Positions 15,032 through 23,292 of a stretch of 55,271 nt of DNA are shown piece by piece. The DNA lies in NCBI GenBank assembly GCA_024763555.1, contig JANTFG010000001.1:1-55271 (forward strand). The letters are read 5' to 3'. Below the pieces are notes generated by a model, which did not search any database, was not told where the DNA came from, and saw nothing but the letters and a program-made list of their open reading frames with translations. This DNA comes from Thermoanaerobaculales bacterium (GTDB lineage: Bacteria > Acidobacteriota > Thermoanaerobaculia > Thermoanaerobaculales > Sulfomarinibacteraceae). The stretch's first letter is position 1, and every line of letters starts with the position of its first letter. The position numbers were made by a program, and so were the translations under genes.

Positions 15032-18025
15032 TTAGAAAACCAGACCAAAGCCGAGGCGCACGCGCCGGGGCTGCTGGAAGTGAGTGGGATCGAGGTAGTG
15101 GGGGTTGGCCGCACCGGAATCCTGGTCGGCGTACTCCTGAACCTCGGTCGGATTGGAGTTGTCAAAGATGTTGAAGACGTCCAGGCGGACGTTCATGTCG
15201 AGGCCCGCAACCTGGAAGTCATACTTCACCATACCGTCGATACCCATGATGCTCGGGGTCGTTCCCGCGGCGCCGCGAGGCACCGGCTGGCCCTGGTTGA
15301 AATAGGCCGCCGCATCGTAGAGGTAGGCCGGATTGTCGGCATCGGGATAGACACCGAGGGCATTGATGGGACGACCGCTGTGGTAATAGAAATTACCACC
15401 GATCTGCAGACCGGAATCGAAGGCATAGGCCCCGAAGATCTTCAGATTATGACGACGATCCTGCGGAAGGTTTCCGTAGGAGTTCTGCATCAGGCCCGGG
15501 AAGTCGAACATCTGGGTAAGGCCGGCATCATCCTGACCTACATCAGAATAGACTTCACCCTCGTAGTTACCCCAGAGATGCGACCATGTGTAGGAACCCT
15601 GCAACATCCAGTGATCGGCGAAGCGGCGCTTGAAGGTGAACTCCAGGGCGCCGTATTTCCGCTCCGGTTTGGGATAGTTCAACTCATCAGCGGTGAAGCT
15701 GACGGGATCGAGCACGCCGTCGCCGTCCACATCGAAATAACCCTGGAAGGAGGAGCCGGGGTTGCCGAGACGGTACTCGAAGGCACCGTAGCCGACATCC
15801 ATGCCGTAGCGCGCGATCAGGGCATCGTCGATCGTGAAGTCTTCGATGACCTTGTTGAACTCACGCCACACACCGCGCACACCGATGGACCAGTTGTCAC
15901 CGACCATCTTCTCGTAGCCGAGGATGTACTCATCCTGCGACATCGGGTCGAAATTGAAGGAAAGCACTTCTTTGGGATCCGGCACGGAACCATCGGAGTA
16001 CACCGCATAGGTCTGCAGATTGCCGACCGAACCCTGGTTGCCGCAACCTTCGAGATTCATCACGCCGCAGTTGGTCCAGCCCACAGGAGTTCCATCCGGG
16101 TTATAACCCTGGGCCGGATCCCACTCGTAGGTGGCGCTTTCATAAATCTCACCACCCGCCATGCGGATGTTGGTGTTGGAGGCGATGGGCAGATAGTACT
16201 GACCGTAGGATCCGTAGATCTTGGAACGGCCCTCACCGGAGGGATCCCAGATGACACCGAGACGAGGTGCGTACTGGTCGGAAGTCTCGATGAAGGTCTG
16301 ACCGAGAGAGTTCTTATTCTCGAACTTCTCCCAGCGCACACCGAGATTGACGGTGAGGTTGGGGGTGACGGCCCAGCTGTCCTGGATGTAGGCCGCATCG
16401 GAATTGACGTCGAAGGAGCCACCATTGAAATAGTGGCGAATGTTGACCGCTGCTCCGGTCGGGGAGGTGTTACTGTCGTAATAACCCACGCGGAAGCCGC
16501 CGGAGTAGGAGGTCAGATCCTCGGAATTGTTTTCCTCGGTGTCCACACCGGCGCGGAAGCTGTGGTTGCCCATGTAGTAGTCGGCGTCCACGCGATAGGC
16601 CTTGCGCTCGTCAAAGGCGTTTCCGCGGCTCCAGTTGACCCAGGAGCCGAGGTGAATGTAGCCGCCGCCACGGAGATCGAAGGCGTAGGGGCTGTTGTCG
16701 CCGGAGGACTTATTGGTCCGATCGAACTGGTTGTCGCCGTACTGTGCCGACAGCAGGAAGTTCTCGGTGAAAATACCGGTGTACTTGATGATGTAGTTGT
16801 CACCACCACGATTGTCAACGCCGTGGCCCGTGGTATCCGTAATATATCCGTTGGACGGATAGGGTGCCGACCGCAATGCCAAACTCAGGCAGTCAACCAT
16901 TCCCCCAGCTGGATCTGAAGGATCAGCACACATCTCACCTGTAACTCCGGGGATGTAGTAATCATAAGTCGTCACGTCGACCGCGACATCATCAGAGATA
17001 TAGGTACCTTCCAAACGATGGCTGGGGGTGATGTTCCAGTCCAGCTTGCCGCCCCAGTAGGGATCCGAAGTCTCACGACGAGTTCCCTGGCCGTAGCTGA
17101 GGCCCAGGAAATCATTGTCGGTGTAGCGGACAAAACCGAAGTAGAAGAGTTTGTCCTTGAGGATCGCGCCGCCGAGGGAAGCATTGGCTTCCATGGTTTC
17201 ACGGGTCTCATCGGAGTTGGGCGCAAGATAGGTATCCGGCTCCTGCTCCTGCAGATCTTCCGGCTCATAGTAGAGCGAGAAGTTGCCGTGGAGGGAGTTC
17301 GAACCGGACTTGGTCACCATGTTGATGACACCACCGGTCGAACGACCGAACTCGGCCTCGTAACCACCGGTCTTAACCTGCATCTCCTCGACGAATTCCA
17401 TGGGAACCATCGTGGAGCCGATTCCATTACGGAAATTGGTGATGTTCAGGCCGTTGACCTGGTAGGAGTTCTCGGCAACCGAGGCGCCCGACATCGAGAT
17501 GTTGTTCTGACCCGGGGTGTAGCCGTTGAAGGCCGTGTCGCCGGTCACGGTCGCGGGGGCAAGCAGGGCCACATAAGAGGCCTCACGCTGCACCGGCATC
17601 TTGGCGTTGAGGTCGTCGGTGGAAACCGTCAGACCCGCCACGGTGGAACTGACGTCCACGAGCGGCGCTTCGCCGGTAACCTCGATGACGTCGGTGATGG
17701 CGCCGAGCTTCATCTGGAAGTCGAAATTGGTCTCACTGCCAAGGTTGACCTGGAAGGAGCTCTTGTAGGTCTGGAAACCATCGAGAGTCGCGGTCAACTG
17801 GTAGGTGCCGGGAGGCAGGGCGCGGAAGCCGACGATGCCGCGGGCATCGGAGATTCCCGTCCGCTGCAGACCAATGTCGGGGTCGGAGATGGCGACGGTC
17901 ACGCCCGGCAGGGCGGCGCCGTCGGGATCGGTGACGACGGCACGCGCGGTACCCGTCGTCTCCTGGGCGTAGGCCGCGCCTGCGATCAGCGCGGCGAACA
18001 TAAAGAGAACCAGAACTTTCTTCAT
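15032..18025 (-). CDS. Oar-like TonB-dependent outer-membrane receptor (CarboxypepD_reg domain + plug + beta-barrel)
   Basis: The signal peptide is MKKVLVLFMFAALIAGAAYAQ. ARAVVTDPDGAALPGVTVAISD..PPGTYQLTATLDGF is a CarboxypepD_reg domain, and the long barrel ends ..RRVRLGFGLVF with a terminal Phe. The start is chosen at ATG 18025 (GGAGG 18033-18037, 7-nt spacer), though ATG 18031 is possible. The listed ORF to 18286 adds 85 aa with no signal peptide. Confidence 0.85.
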   Translation of the reverse strand: MKKVLVLFMFAALIAGAAYAQETTGTARAVVTDPDGAALPGVTVAISDPDIGLQRTGISDARGIVGFRALPPGTYQLTATLDGFQTYKSSFQVNLGSETNFDFQMKLGAITDVIEVTGEAPLVDVSSTVAGLTVSTDDLNAKMPVQREASYVALLAPATVTGDTAFNGYTPGQNNISMSGASVAENSYQVNGLNITNFRNGIGSTMVPMEFVEEMQVKTGGYEAEFGRSTGGVINMVTKSGSNSLHGNFSLYYEPEDLQEQEPDTYLAPNSDETRETMEANASLGGAILKDKLFYFGFVRYTDNDFLGLSYGQGTRRETSDPYWGGKLDWNITPSHRLEGTYISDDVAVDVTTYDYYIPGVTGEMCADPSDPAGGMVDCLSLALRSAPYPSNGYITDTTGHGVDNRGGDNYIIKYTGIFTENFLLSAQYGDNQFDRTNKSSGDNSPYAFDLRGGGYIHLGSWVNWSRGNAFDERKAYRVDADYYMGNHSFRAGVDTEENNSEDLTSYSGGFRVGYYDSNTSPTGAAVNIRHYFNGGSFDVNSDAAYIQDSWAVTPNLTVNLGVRWEKFENKNSLGQTFIETSDQYAPRLGVIWDPSGEGRSKIYGSYGQYYLPIASNTNIRMAGGEIYESATYEWDPAQGYNPDGTPVGWTNCGVMNLEGCGNQGSVGNLQTYAVYSDGSVPDPKEVLSFNFDPMSQDEYILGYEKMVGDNWSIGVRGVWREFNKVIEDFTIDDALIARYGMDVGYGAFEYRLGNPGSSFQGYFDVDGDGVLDPVSFTADELNYPKPERKYGALEFTFKRRFADHWMLQGSYTWSHLWGNYEGEVYSDVGQDDAGLTQMFDFPGLMQNSYGNLPQDRRHNLKIFGAYAFDSGLQIGGNFYYHSGRPINALGVYPDADNPAYLYDAAAYFNQGQPVPRGAAGTTPSIMGIDGMVKYDFQVAGLDMNVRLDVFNIFDNSNPTEVQEYADQDSGAANPHYLDPTHFQQPRRVRLGFGLVF

Positions 18026-18789
18026 AGACATACCTCCATATTTCCTCGTTGATAATCTCGAACAACGAAAACCACTCAAAAACAGATGTCGAGCCACCCT
18101 CCCTTCAGTCGGGCCCGGAAATCCCGGACCACCTTCGATGGCCCACCGGCTGACGACCGATGGACGCCATAGCTTAGCACAGTTAAAAGCAACCTTCATG
18201 CCAGTATTGAGGTACCGAAGGAAACAGAAGGGCCGAGGATGCATTTCGAATAGGCACTTTGCGGGCTTTTTTCTCAGACACCTCAAAGCGCTGTGAAGAC
18301 GGCATTAAGACAAAACCGGATATCTGGACCAGGCGCGCTGCCGCGTTTTCGCTTGACTCCAGCTCCGGGGAGAGCTGCAATAGCTGTCCGGATTTCCGTT
18401 CAACTCCCCGAGAGACTTGTCCGGAAAACCGGGCACAGCATCCAGGGCTGCCCCCGCGTTCGAAGCGCGAGCCGGAAGCAATTCCGGAGCCGGATGCCTC
18501 CGCGGCCTCCAAGCTCCGCCCTCAGAAACAGAGACCGAAATCATCTGTCCCGCATTCCGCTCAATGAAGTACGACCGCATCGGCTCCTGGCCCTGCTCCC
18601 TGATCCGGTTCCGGATTGCTGCTTCGGCCTATCCTCCGGCCCTCGGGTTCTGCCCCTGCATCGGCGTGCTGGCCCTGTTCCTGCTCCGGATTGAAGCGCC
18701 CACCGCCATTTGAACAACGAGATCACCGGTTGACAACCCGGAAGTCCTTGGGGGAGGCAACTCCTGATAGACTATGGGCCGGAGGAACG

Positions 18790-20526
18790 ATGCTCAAGAG
18801 ACTTTTCATTCCAGTCGTCGCCCTTTTACTCGCACTCGGTTCATCCTCGGTCATGGCCGAAAATGGCGATTCTGAGAAATCCACCGACCCCAAGACTCAA
18901 AATGAGACCTTCGAAGGCCACTATGATTTGACGGTGGTCAACGTGATCGCCTACGTCACCGATCAACACGGACATCCGGTCACCGACCTGAAAAAGGAGG
19001 ACTTCAAGGTCCTCCAGGATGGACGGGAACGTAAGATCTCGCACTTCAAACTCTACACCGAGGATGTCTATCGATCCGTGTATGAGGCGCCGGAAGCCCA
19101 GGCAGCCGCACCTGTGGAGAAAGCGGCGCCTCTGCCGAAGGAAATGGAGATCCAGCCGATCTATATCGTTCTTTATGTCGATAACGAGAATCTGCACCCG
19201 ATGGACCGCAACCGCGTTCTGTCCAAGGCGACTGAATTCGTCCGCCGGAACCTCCGCCCGCCGGTCCAGATGATGGTCGCCACCTTCGACAAGGAACTGA
19301 AGATCATTCAGCCCTTCACCGAGGATTCAACTCTGGTCGTTCAGGCCCTGCGGGCTCAGCGTATGGTGACCGGCGGCACCGTCAGCCGCGACGCCGACCG
19401 CAAGAGGATCCTGGACAAGATGCGCCGCTACAAGAATGACCCCAACTCAGGTATGGACATCAGCAAGAGAAACGTCTGGGGTCTCGTGTTGGGTGCCGCA
19501 GAAGAGGAATCAAACGATCTGCTCTTCACGCTTCAGGCGCTCCGGTCGACGGTGTCCATGATGGCCGGGCTTCCCGGAAAGAAGTCCCTCATCTATATCT
19601 CCAACGGTCTGCCCATGATTGCCGGCATGGAACTTCTCTACGCCTATGCCAATGCCTACGACGAGCCCTCGGCCCTGACCCAGTTTTCCCGTTGGGATCA
19701 GACTTCCCAGTTCAACAGCCTGGTGGCGGCGGCCAATTCACAGGATGTTTCCCTCTACACCATCGGCGCGGGCGGACTCCGGCACGCCTCCGTCGCGACT
19801 GCTGAGACTGCGATGGTCGGCGACACCATCGCCTCGAGCGTCGGCGAGGAGAACTACCTCGACAGCCTCCGCTTCATGGCCAAAGAGACCGGGGGCAAGG
19901 CTCTGGTCAACACCAACGATTTTTCACTTGCTTTCGACAAGATCAGCGCTGATGTTTTCACCTACTATTCCATCGGCTACACCCTCAACCGCAGTGGGGG
20001 AGACAAGATTCACAACATCAAAGTGGAACTCCCGACCCACCCGGAATACAATCTGAGATACCGGCGGCGCTACGTGGAGAAAAGCCTCGAAACCCGCGTC
20101 CGGGACAAGGTGATGACCGCCTTGCTCTTCCCCCTGGAGGAGAACCCCTTCCAGCTCAAGATCGAGAATTTGCCGCCGGCGCCGGCGGCCAAGGGCCGAT
20201 GGACGATGCCGGTGGCGATCTCTTTCCCGATCGATTCCATCACCCTCCTTCCGGAAGGGGAGGACTATGTTGGACACGCCGTGCTCTTCGTTGCGGCACG
20301 GGATTCGGAGGGTGGGCAGTCCGACCTCATCCGGCAGATCCACGAGATCCGCATCCCGGCCGAAGACATGGAGAATATCAAGGACAAGAAATGGACGATC
20401 AACGCCTCACTGCTGATGGAGGCCGGAAAGTACAGGCTCTCTGTCGCTTTGATGGATCAGGTCTCAAACCAGACATCCTACGTCCAGAGTTCAACCTTCA
20501 TCCGGGATCTGACGATCAAGGACTAG
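18790..20526 (+). CDS. Secreted VWA-domain protein of the acidobacterial VWFA-related type with a long C-terminal extension
   Basis: GGAGGA lies at 18781-18786, and the signal peptide is MLKRLFIPVVALLLALGSSSVMA. LTVVNVIAYVTDQHGHPVTDLKKEDFKVLQDGRERKISHF followed by IYIVLYVDNENL is the pattern I associate with the VWFA-related Acidobacterial domain family. The listed ORF start (18616) lacks a signal peptide. Confidence 0.8.
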   Translation: MLKRLFIPVVALLLALGSSSVMAENGDSEKSTDPKTQNETFEGHYDLTVVNVIAYVTDQHGHPVTDLKKEDFKVLQDGRERKISHFKLYTEDVYRSVYEAPEAQAAAPVEKAAPLPKEMEIQPIYIVLYVDNENLHPMDRNRVLSKATEFVRRNLRPPVQMMVATFDKELKIIQPFTEDSTLVVQALRAQRMVTGGTVSRDADRKRILDKMRRYKNDPNSGMDISKRNVWGLVLGAAEEESNDLLFTLQALRSTVSMMAGLPGKKSLIYISNGLPMIAGMELLYAYANAYDEPSALTQFSRWDQTSQFNSLVAAANSQDVSLYTIGAGGLRHASVATAETAMVGDTIASSVGEENYLDSLRFMAKETGGKALVNTNDFSLAFDKISADVFTYYSIGYTLNRSGGDKIHNIKVELPTHPEYNLRYRRRYVEKSLETRVRDKVMTALLFPLEENPFQLKIENLPPAPAAKGRWTMPVAISFPIDSITLLPEGEDYVGHAVLFVAARDSEGGQSDLIRQIHEIRIPAEDMENIKDKKWTINASLLMEAGKYRLSVALMDQVSNQTSYVQSSTFIRDLTIKD

Positions 20527-20630
20527 ACAGCCTCTCGGTCAGGTCCTGAGGCTTGATGACATATTCTTGAGAATCCCCTGATTGACCAGGGAGTTGGAAC
20601 AGTTGCAACGCCATGAACCAGTGACTCCGG

Positions 20631-22475
20631 CTACGACCCGGCATCCCTGGTCCCAAGCGAGCTACAGCTCGCAGCGGGCAACTGAAGCGTGAGCACGCAG
20701 AGGCGGGGGAGAATGAACCGGCGAAGAATTGCCCTGACTGATTCTTCCTGGCCCTTGAGAAAATCCGCATCACTCCAGCGAAGCCGGCGTCGGCACCGGC
20801 GACTGATCGAAAGTGCCTTCTCATAGTCACCTTCGACGACGGTCATTGCTAGGAGCTGCCTCAAAACCTGGGGATCATTCGGCGTCACGGCAAACACGGC
20901 CTCGAGTTCCTGAAAGGCCTCAGTCAGTCGCTGCAACCGCAGCAGAAGAAATGCACGTTCCTTCAATTTCGAGGCAGGCAAAGCCGGGCTGGAATTGATA
21001 GTTGACAGACGGCGGACCAAAGGTTCCGCCTCTTCACTCCTCTGGAGGTTGGTCTTGGCCGTACGCAGGGCCGATTCCCGCTCATCGTTGGAGACAACCG
21101 GAGCAAAGGCAACCAGGATTGCCGCCAGTCCAGGCGCCAGCACGTCCTTGAAGACCGTTCTCCCTGGAATTCCTCCAGTTCTCCAACCACGGATTCGATC
21201 GACGGCAAACCAAAGGCCGATCGCCCCGAGGACAGCCAAGGGCACCATTGCGGACAATCGGTAACGGGAGGTGACAAAGGTCGCCACATTCGCGGCGAGA
21301 ACTCCTCCCGTTGCCCCAACAAGGAGAAAAAGGAGATCCCATTGTGAACGGCGAACGAGGGCAATAACTCCCAGCCCCGCGCTGAAGACCAGCACACCGA
21401 AGCCGATCGGGATGGTCGCCAGTAGTCTGGACCGGCTTCGAAGTTCTTCAAGATAATAGTTCTCGTTTGGAGCATAGTCATTGAAAAACAGGAGGATCTT
21501 GCGGCCGGTTAAGCGGGCAGCTGCAGAGGGGTTGTTCCGAATGAAATCCAGGGCGGCGGTCAAATGATGGGAGTTTGCCTCGGCAAAGGTCAGCGGACGG
21601 CCCACTTCAATTTCTGCAGCCATTCTGGCGATGAAGGCGTGGCCGATCGGAGTTGGGGGGATGCCCCGAATTCCACGGTAATACCCGGAGGCGCCGGGGT
21701 GGAATCCCACCCGGGCATGGATTCCGGACTGCGGTATTCCAACGGGAGTCGGGAGTGGATTTGGGAGGTGGGGCCCCGCCACAACCCAGACCGTTGCCGA
21801 CAGGAGACAGACGGCCAGGGTCACCGCGAGGATCGTGCGACGACGCCCGTAAGGTCTGCCGCCGACCAACACAAAGGCGGTGGTCGCACCCCACATGAAT
21901 ACCGTGTTCTTCTGGGTCAGGAACAACAGGCCGCCGATATGGAAAGAGATTACGGCCATCAAGACAGCAGTTCGTGTCCGACGGGCACGGGTCGCCTCAA
22001 AGGCCGTCCAAATCAGGCTCACCCCCAGCGAAACCGTAAAGACGGATTTGATCGGAAGCGTGCTGAGATAGATCCAGGTTGGTTGTATCCCCACCAGTAA
22101 GGCCGCGGATAACGCCACACTCAATCGGCCGGAAAGCCTGAAGGCGAATCCAAAGATGAGCACCGTTACCAGCGAGCCGATTCCTGCGTACAGCAGCCGG
22201 TGGGCGACGAAGTCCTCTCCGAGGATCCTCTGGGTCAGGGAGAGAAAGGTGGCATTGGCGGGTGCGGACAAGGTACGAAGTTCGAATGCCGGTTCCGCGA
22301 TCGGGTGTTGTCGGAGGAGCCTCCCTGAATTCCAGTGCAGGTCCACATCCATCCCTGGCGGCGGCGTCCTGAAATCAGGGAAGTAGCGGCTTTCGGAGAT
22401 GAAAATCATGCGAAGGCCCAATGACATCGTCACAGCTATGAGCACGAGAAATAGGGAGCGTTTCAGGGTAGACAT
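20631..22475 (-). CDS. Polytopic GT-C-fold (ArnT/PMT, GT39-like) membrane glycosyltransferase-like protein with C-terminal TPR repeats
   Basis: There are more than 10 hydrophobic helices, an early loop with a D-x-D (PGMDVDLHW), a large loop between helices and a TPR-like soluble C-terminus (LLRLQRLTEAFQELEAVFAVTPNDPQVLRQLLAM). The start is uncertain. ATG 22475 (MSTLKRSLFLVLIAV..) is chosen because it begins with the first TM helix. The ORF is open to 22622. Confidence 0.6.
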   Translation of the reverse strand: MSTLKRSLFLVLIAVTMSLGLRMIFISESRYFPDFRTPPPGMDVDLHWNSGRLLRQHPIAEPAFELRTLSAPANATFLSLTQRILGEDFVAHRLLYAGIGSLVTVLIFGFAFRLSGRLSVALSAALLVGIQPTWIYLSTLPIKSVFTVSLGVSLIWTAFEATRARRTRTAVLMAVISFHIGGLLFLTQKNTVFMWGATTAFVLVGGRPYGRRRTILAVTLAVCLLSATVWVVAGPHLPNPLPTPVGIPQSGIHARVGFHPGASGYYRGIRGIPPTPIGHAFIARMAAEIEVGRPLTFAEANSHHLTAALDFIRNNPSAAARLTGRKILLFFNDYAPNENYYLEELRSRSRLLATIPIGFGVLVFSAGLGVIALVRRSQWDLLFLLVGATGGVLAANVATFVTSRYRLSAMVPLAVLGAIGLWFAVDRIRGWRTGGIPGRTVFKDVLAPGLAAILVAFAPVVSNDERESALRTAKTNLQRSEEAEPLVRRLSTINSSPALPASKLKERAFLLLRLQRLTEAFQELEAVFAVTPNDPQVLRQLLAMTVVEGDYEKALSISRRCRRRLRWSDADFLKGQEESVRAILRRFILPRLCVLTLQLPAASCSSLGTRDAGS

Positions 22476-22800
22476 CACGGCATGGGCAAGGCTACCACAT
22501 TCACACTCGAAGGCTTGGGAGGGGGATAGGGCACTCGCCGGCCCCCGAGCAGAAGATGCGGTCATCAACTCTCGGGACGACAGCACTCTGAGGCGCATTC
22601 TGAGAGATCGAAGATGGGACAAGGGGAAAAAGAGATGGAGTCAACAGCCTGGGAAGGTGAGCTGGATCACACGACCTGAACACTTGTTCATCGGAATAAT
22701 TTTTGCTTGTGATAGATTAGCATTGAGGTAATCGTTGATCTTTTTGGTGGGATCTCAAGATCTCGACTGCGTGTCACTGATGTTTCTCTTGGGGGCGTAG

Positions 22801-23292
22801 ATGAAGAATCGGACTTTTTCAGCGTTGATCATGGGTCTGTGGATAACTCTTCTCTTGGTCTTGGCTGCGACCGGAACCGCAGCGGGGAGGGATTTGGGAC
22901 AGCACCTTCCGGGCTGGAAGATGGCGCGTTTTTTGCCCCTCCAAGGTCGAATGGTCCTTGAACATGACGGTGAAATGCTGGTGGTTCGGAGCGGGGAGGA
23001 GATCCCCGGCCTTCCCGGCGCCATGGTGAAGACGATCGGTTCAGGAGGTGCGTTGATTGAAATTGACCAGCCGCCCGAGGGGCTCGATGCCGACCAAGAA
23101 CAGTCAAGATATTGGTTGCTGGTGAAATCAACTCGGGATGGGAAGACCGAGGTCATCGTGATCCACGCGTTGCCCGAGGAAGGACTGCTCCCCGAACAGT
23201 CGGTAGAGACCCAGGAAATTCCGGTTTCGAAGACCTCTCCCAGCTCGGTTTTGAAATCTCAGCCTGAGAACAGAGAAGGGAACAAACAGTGA
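22801..23292 (+). CDS. Small (163 aa) secreted or membrane-anchored protein, first gene of the giant-protein operon
   Basis: The signal/anchor is MKNRTFSALIMGLWITLLLVLAATGTAAG. Its TGA (23290-23292) overlaps the GTG start of the giant gene. The middle segment (LVVRSGEEIPGLPGAMVKTIGSGGALIEID) weakly recalls PilP/GspC-type beta-domains, which is a low-confidence impression. Confidence 0.7.
   Translation: MKNRTFSALIMGLWITLLLVLAATGTAAGRDLGQHLPGWKMARFLPLQGRMVLEHDGEMLVVRSGEEIPGLPGAMVKTIGSGGALIEIDQPPEGLDADQEQSRYWLLVKSTRDGKTEVIVIHALPEEGLLPEQSVETQEIPVSKTSPSSVLKSQPENREGNKQ

Noticed and set aside
14693-16918. 741-aa plus-strand ORF
   Set aside because: It lies antisense to the Oar-like receptor gene. 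Its translation is low-complexity (Gly/Val/Arg/Ala-rich), with no signal or motifs, and it starts inside the repeat mosaic. This is the typical long antisense ORF of G+C-rich DNA.
17018-18052. 344-aa plus-strand ORF
   Set aside because: It is antisense to the receptor gene, with the same compositional artefact.
18026-18286. N-terminal 85-87 aa extension of the receptor ORF (start at 18286)
   Set aside because: The extension has no signal peptide. The internal ATG 18025 has a GGAGG at ideal spacing and is followed immediately by a canonical signal peptide.
18026-18300. Cobalamin or other riboswitch in the 5' leader of the TonB-type receptor
   Set aside because: No B12-box-like or other riboswitch core I can recognise is present on the minus strand. 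This cannot be excluded without a covariance-model scan.
18616-18789. Upstream extension of the VWA ORF
   Set aside because: The extension is Pro/Arg/Cys-rich with no signal peptide. ATG 18790 has a GGAGGA and a clean signal peptide.
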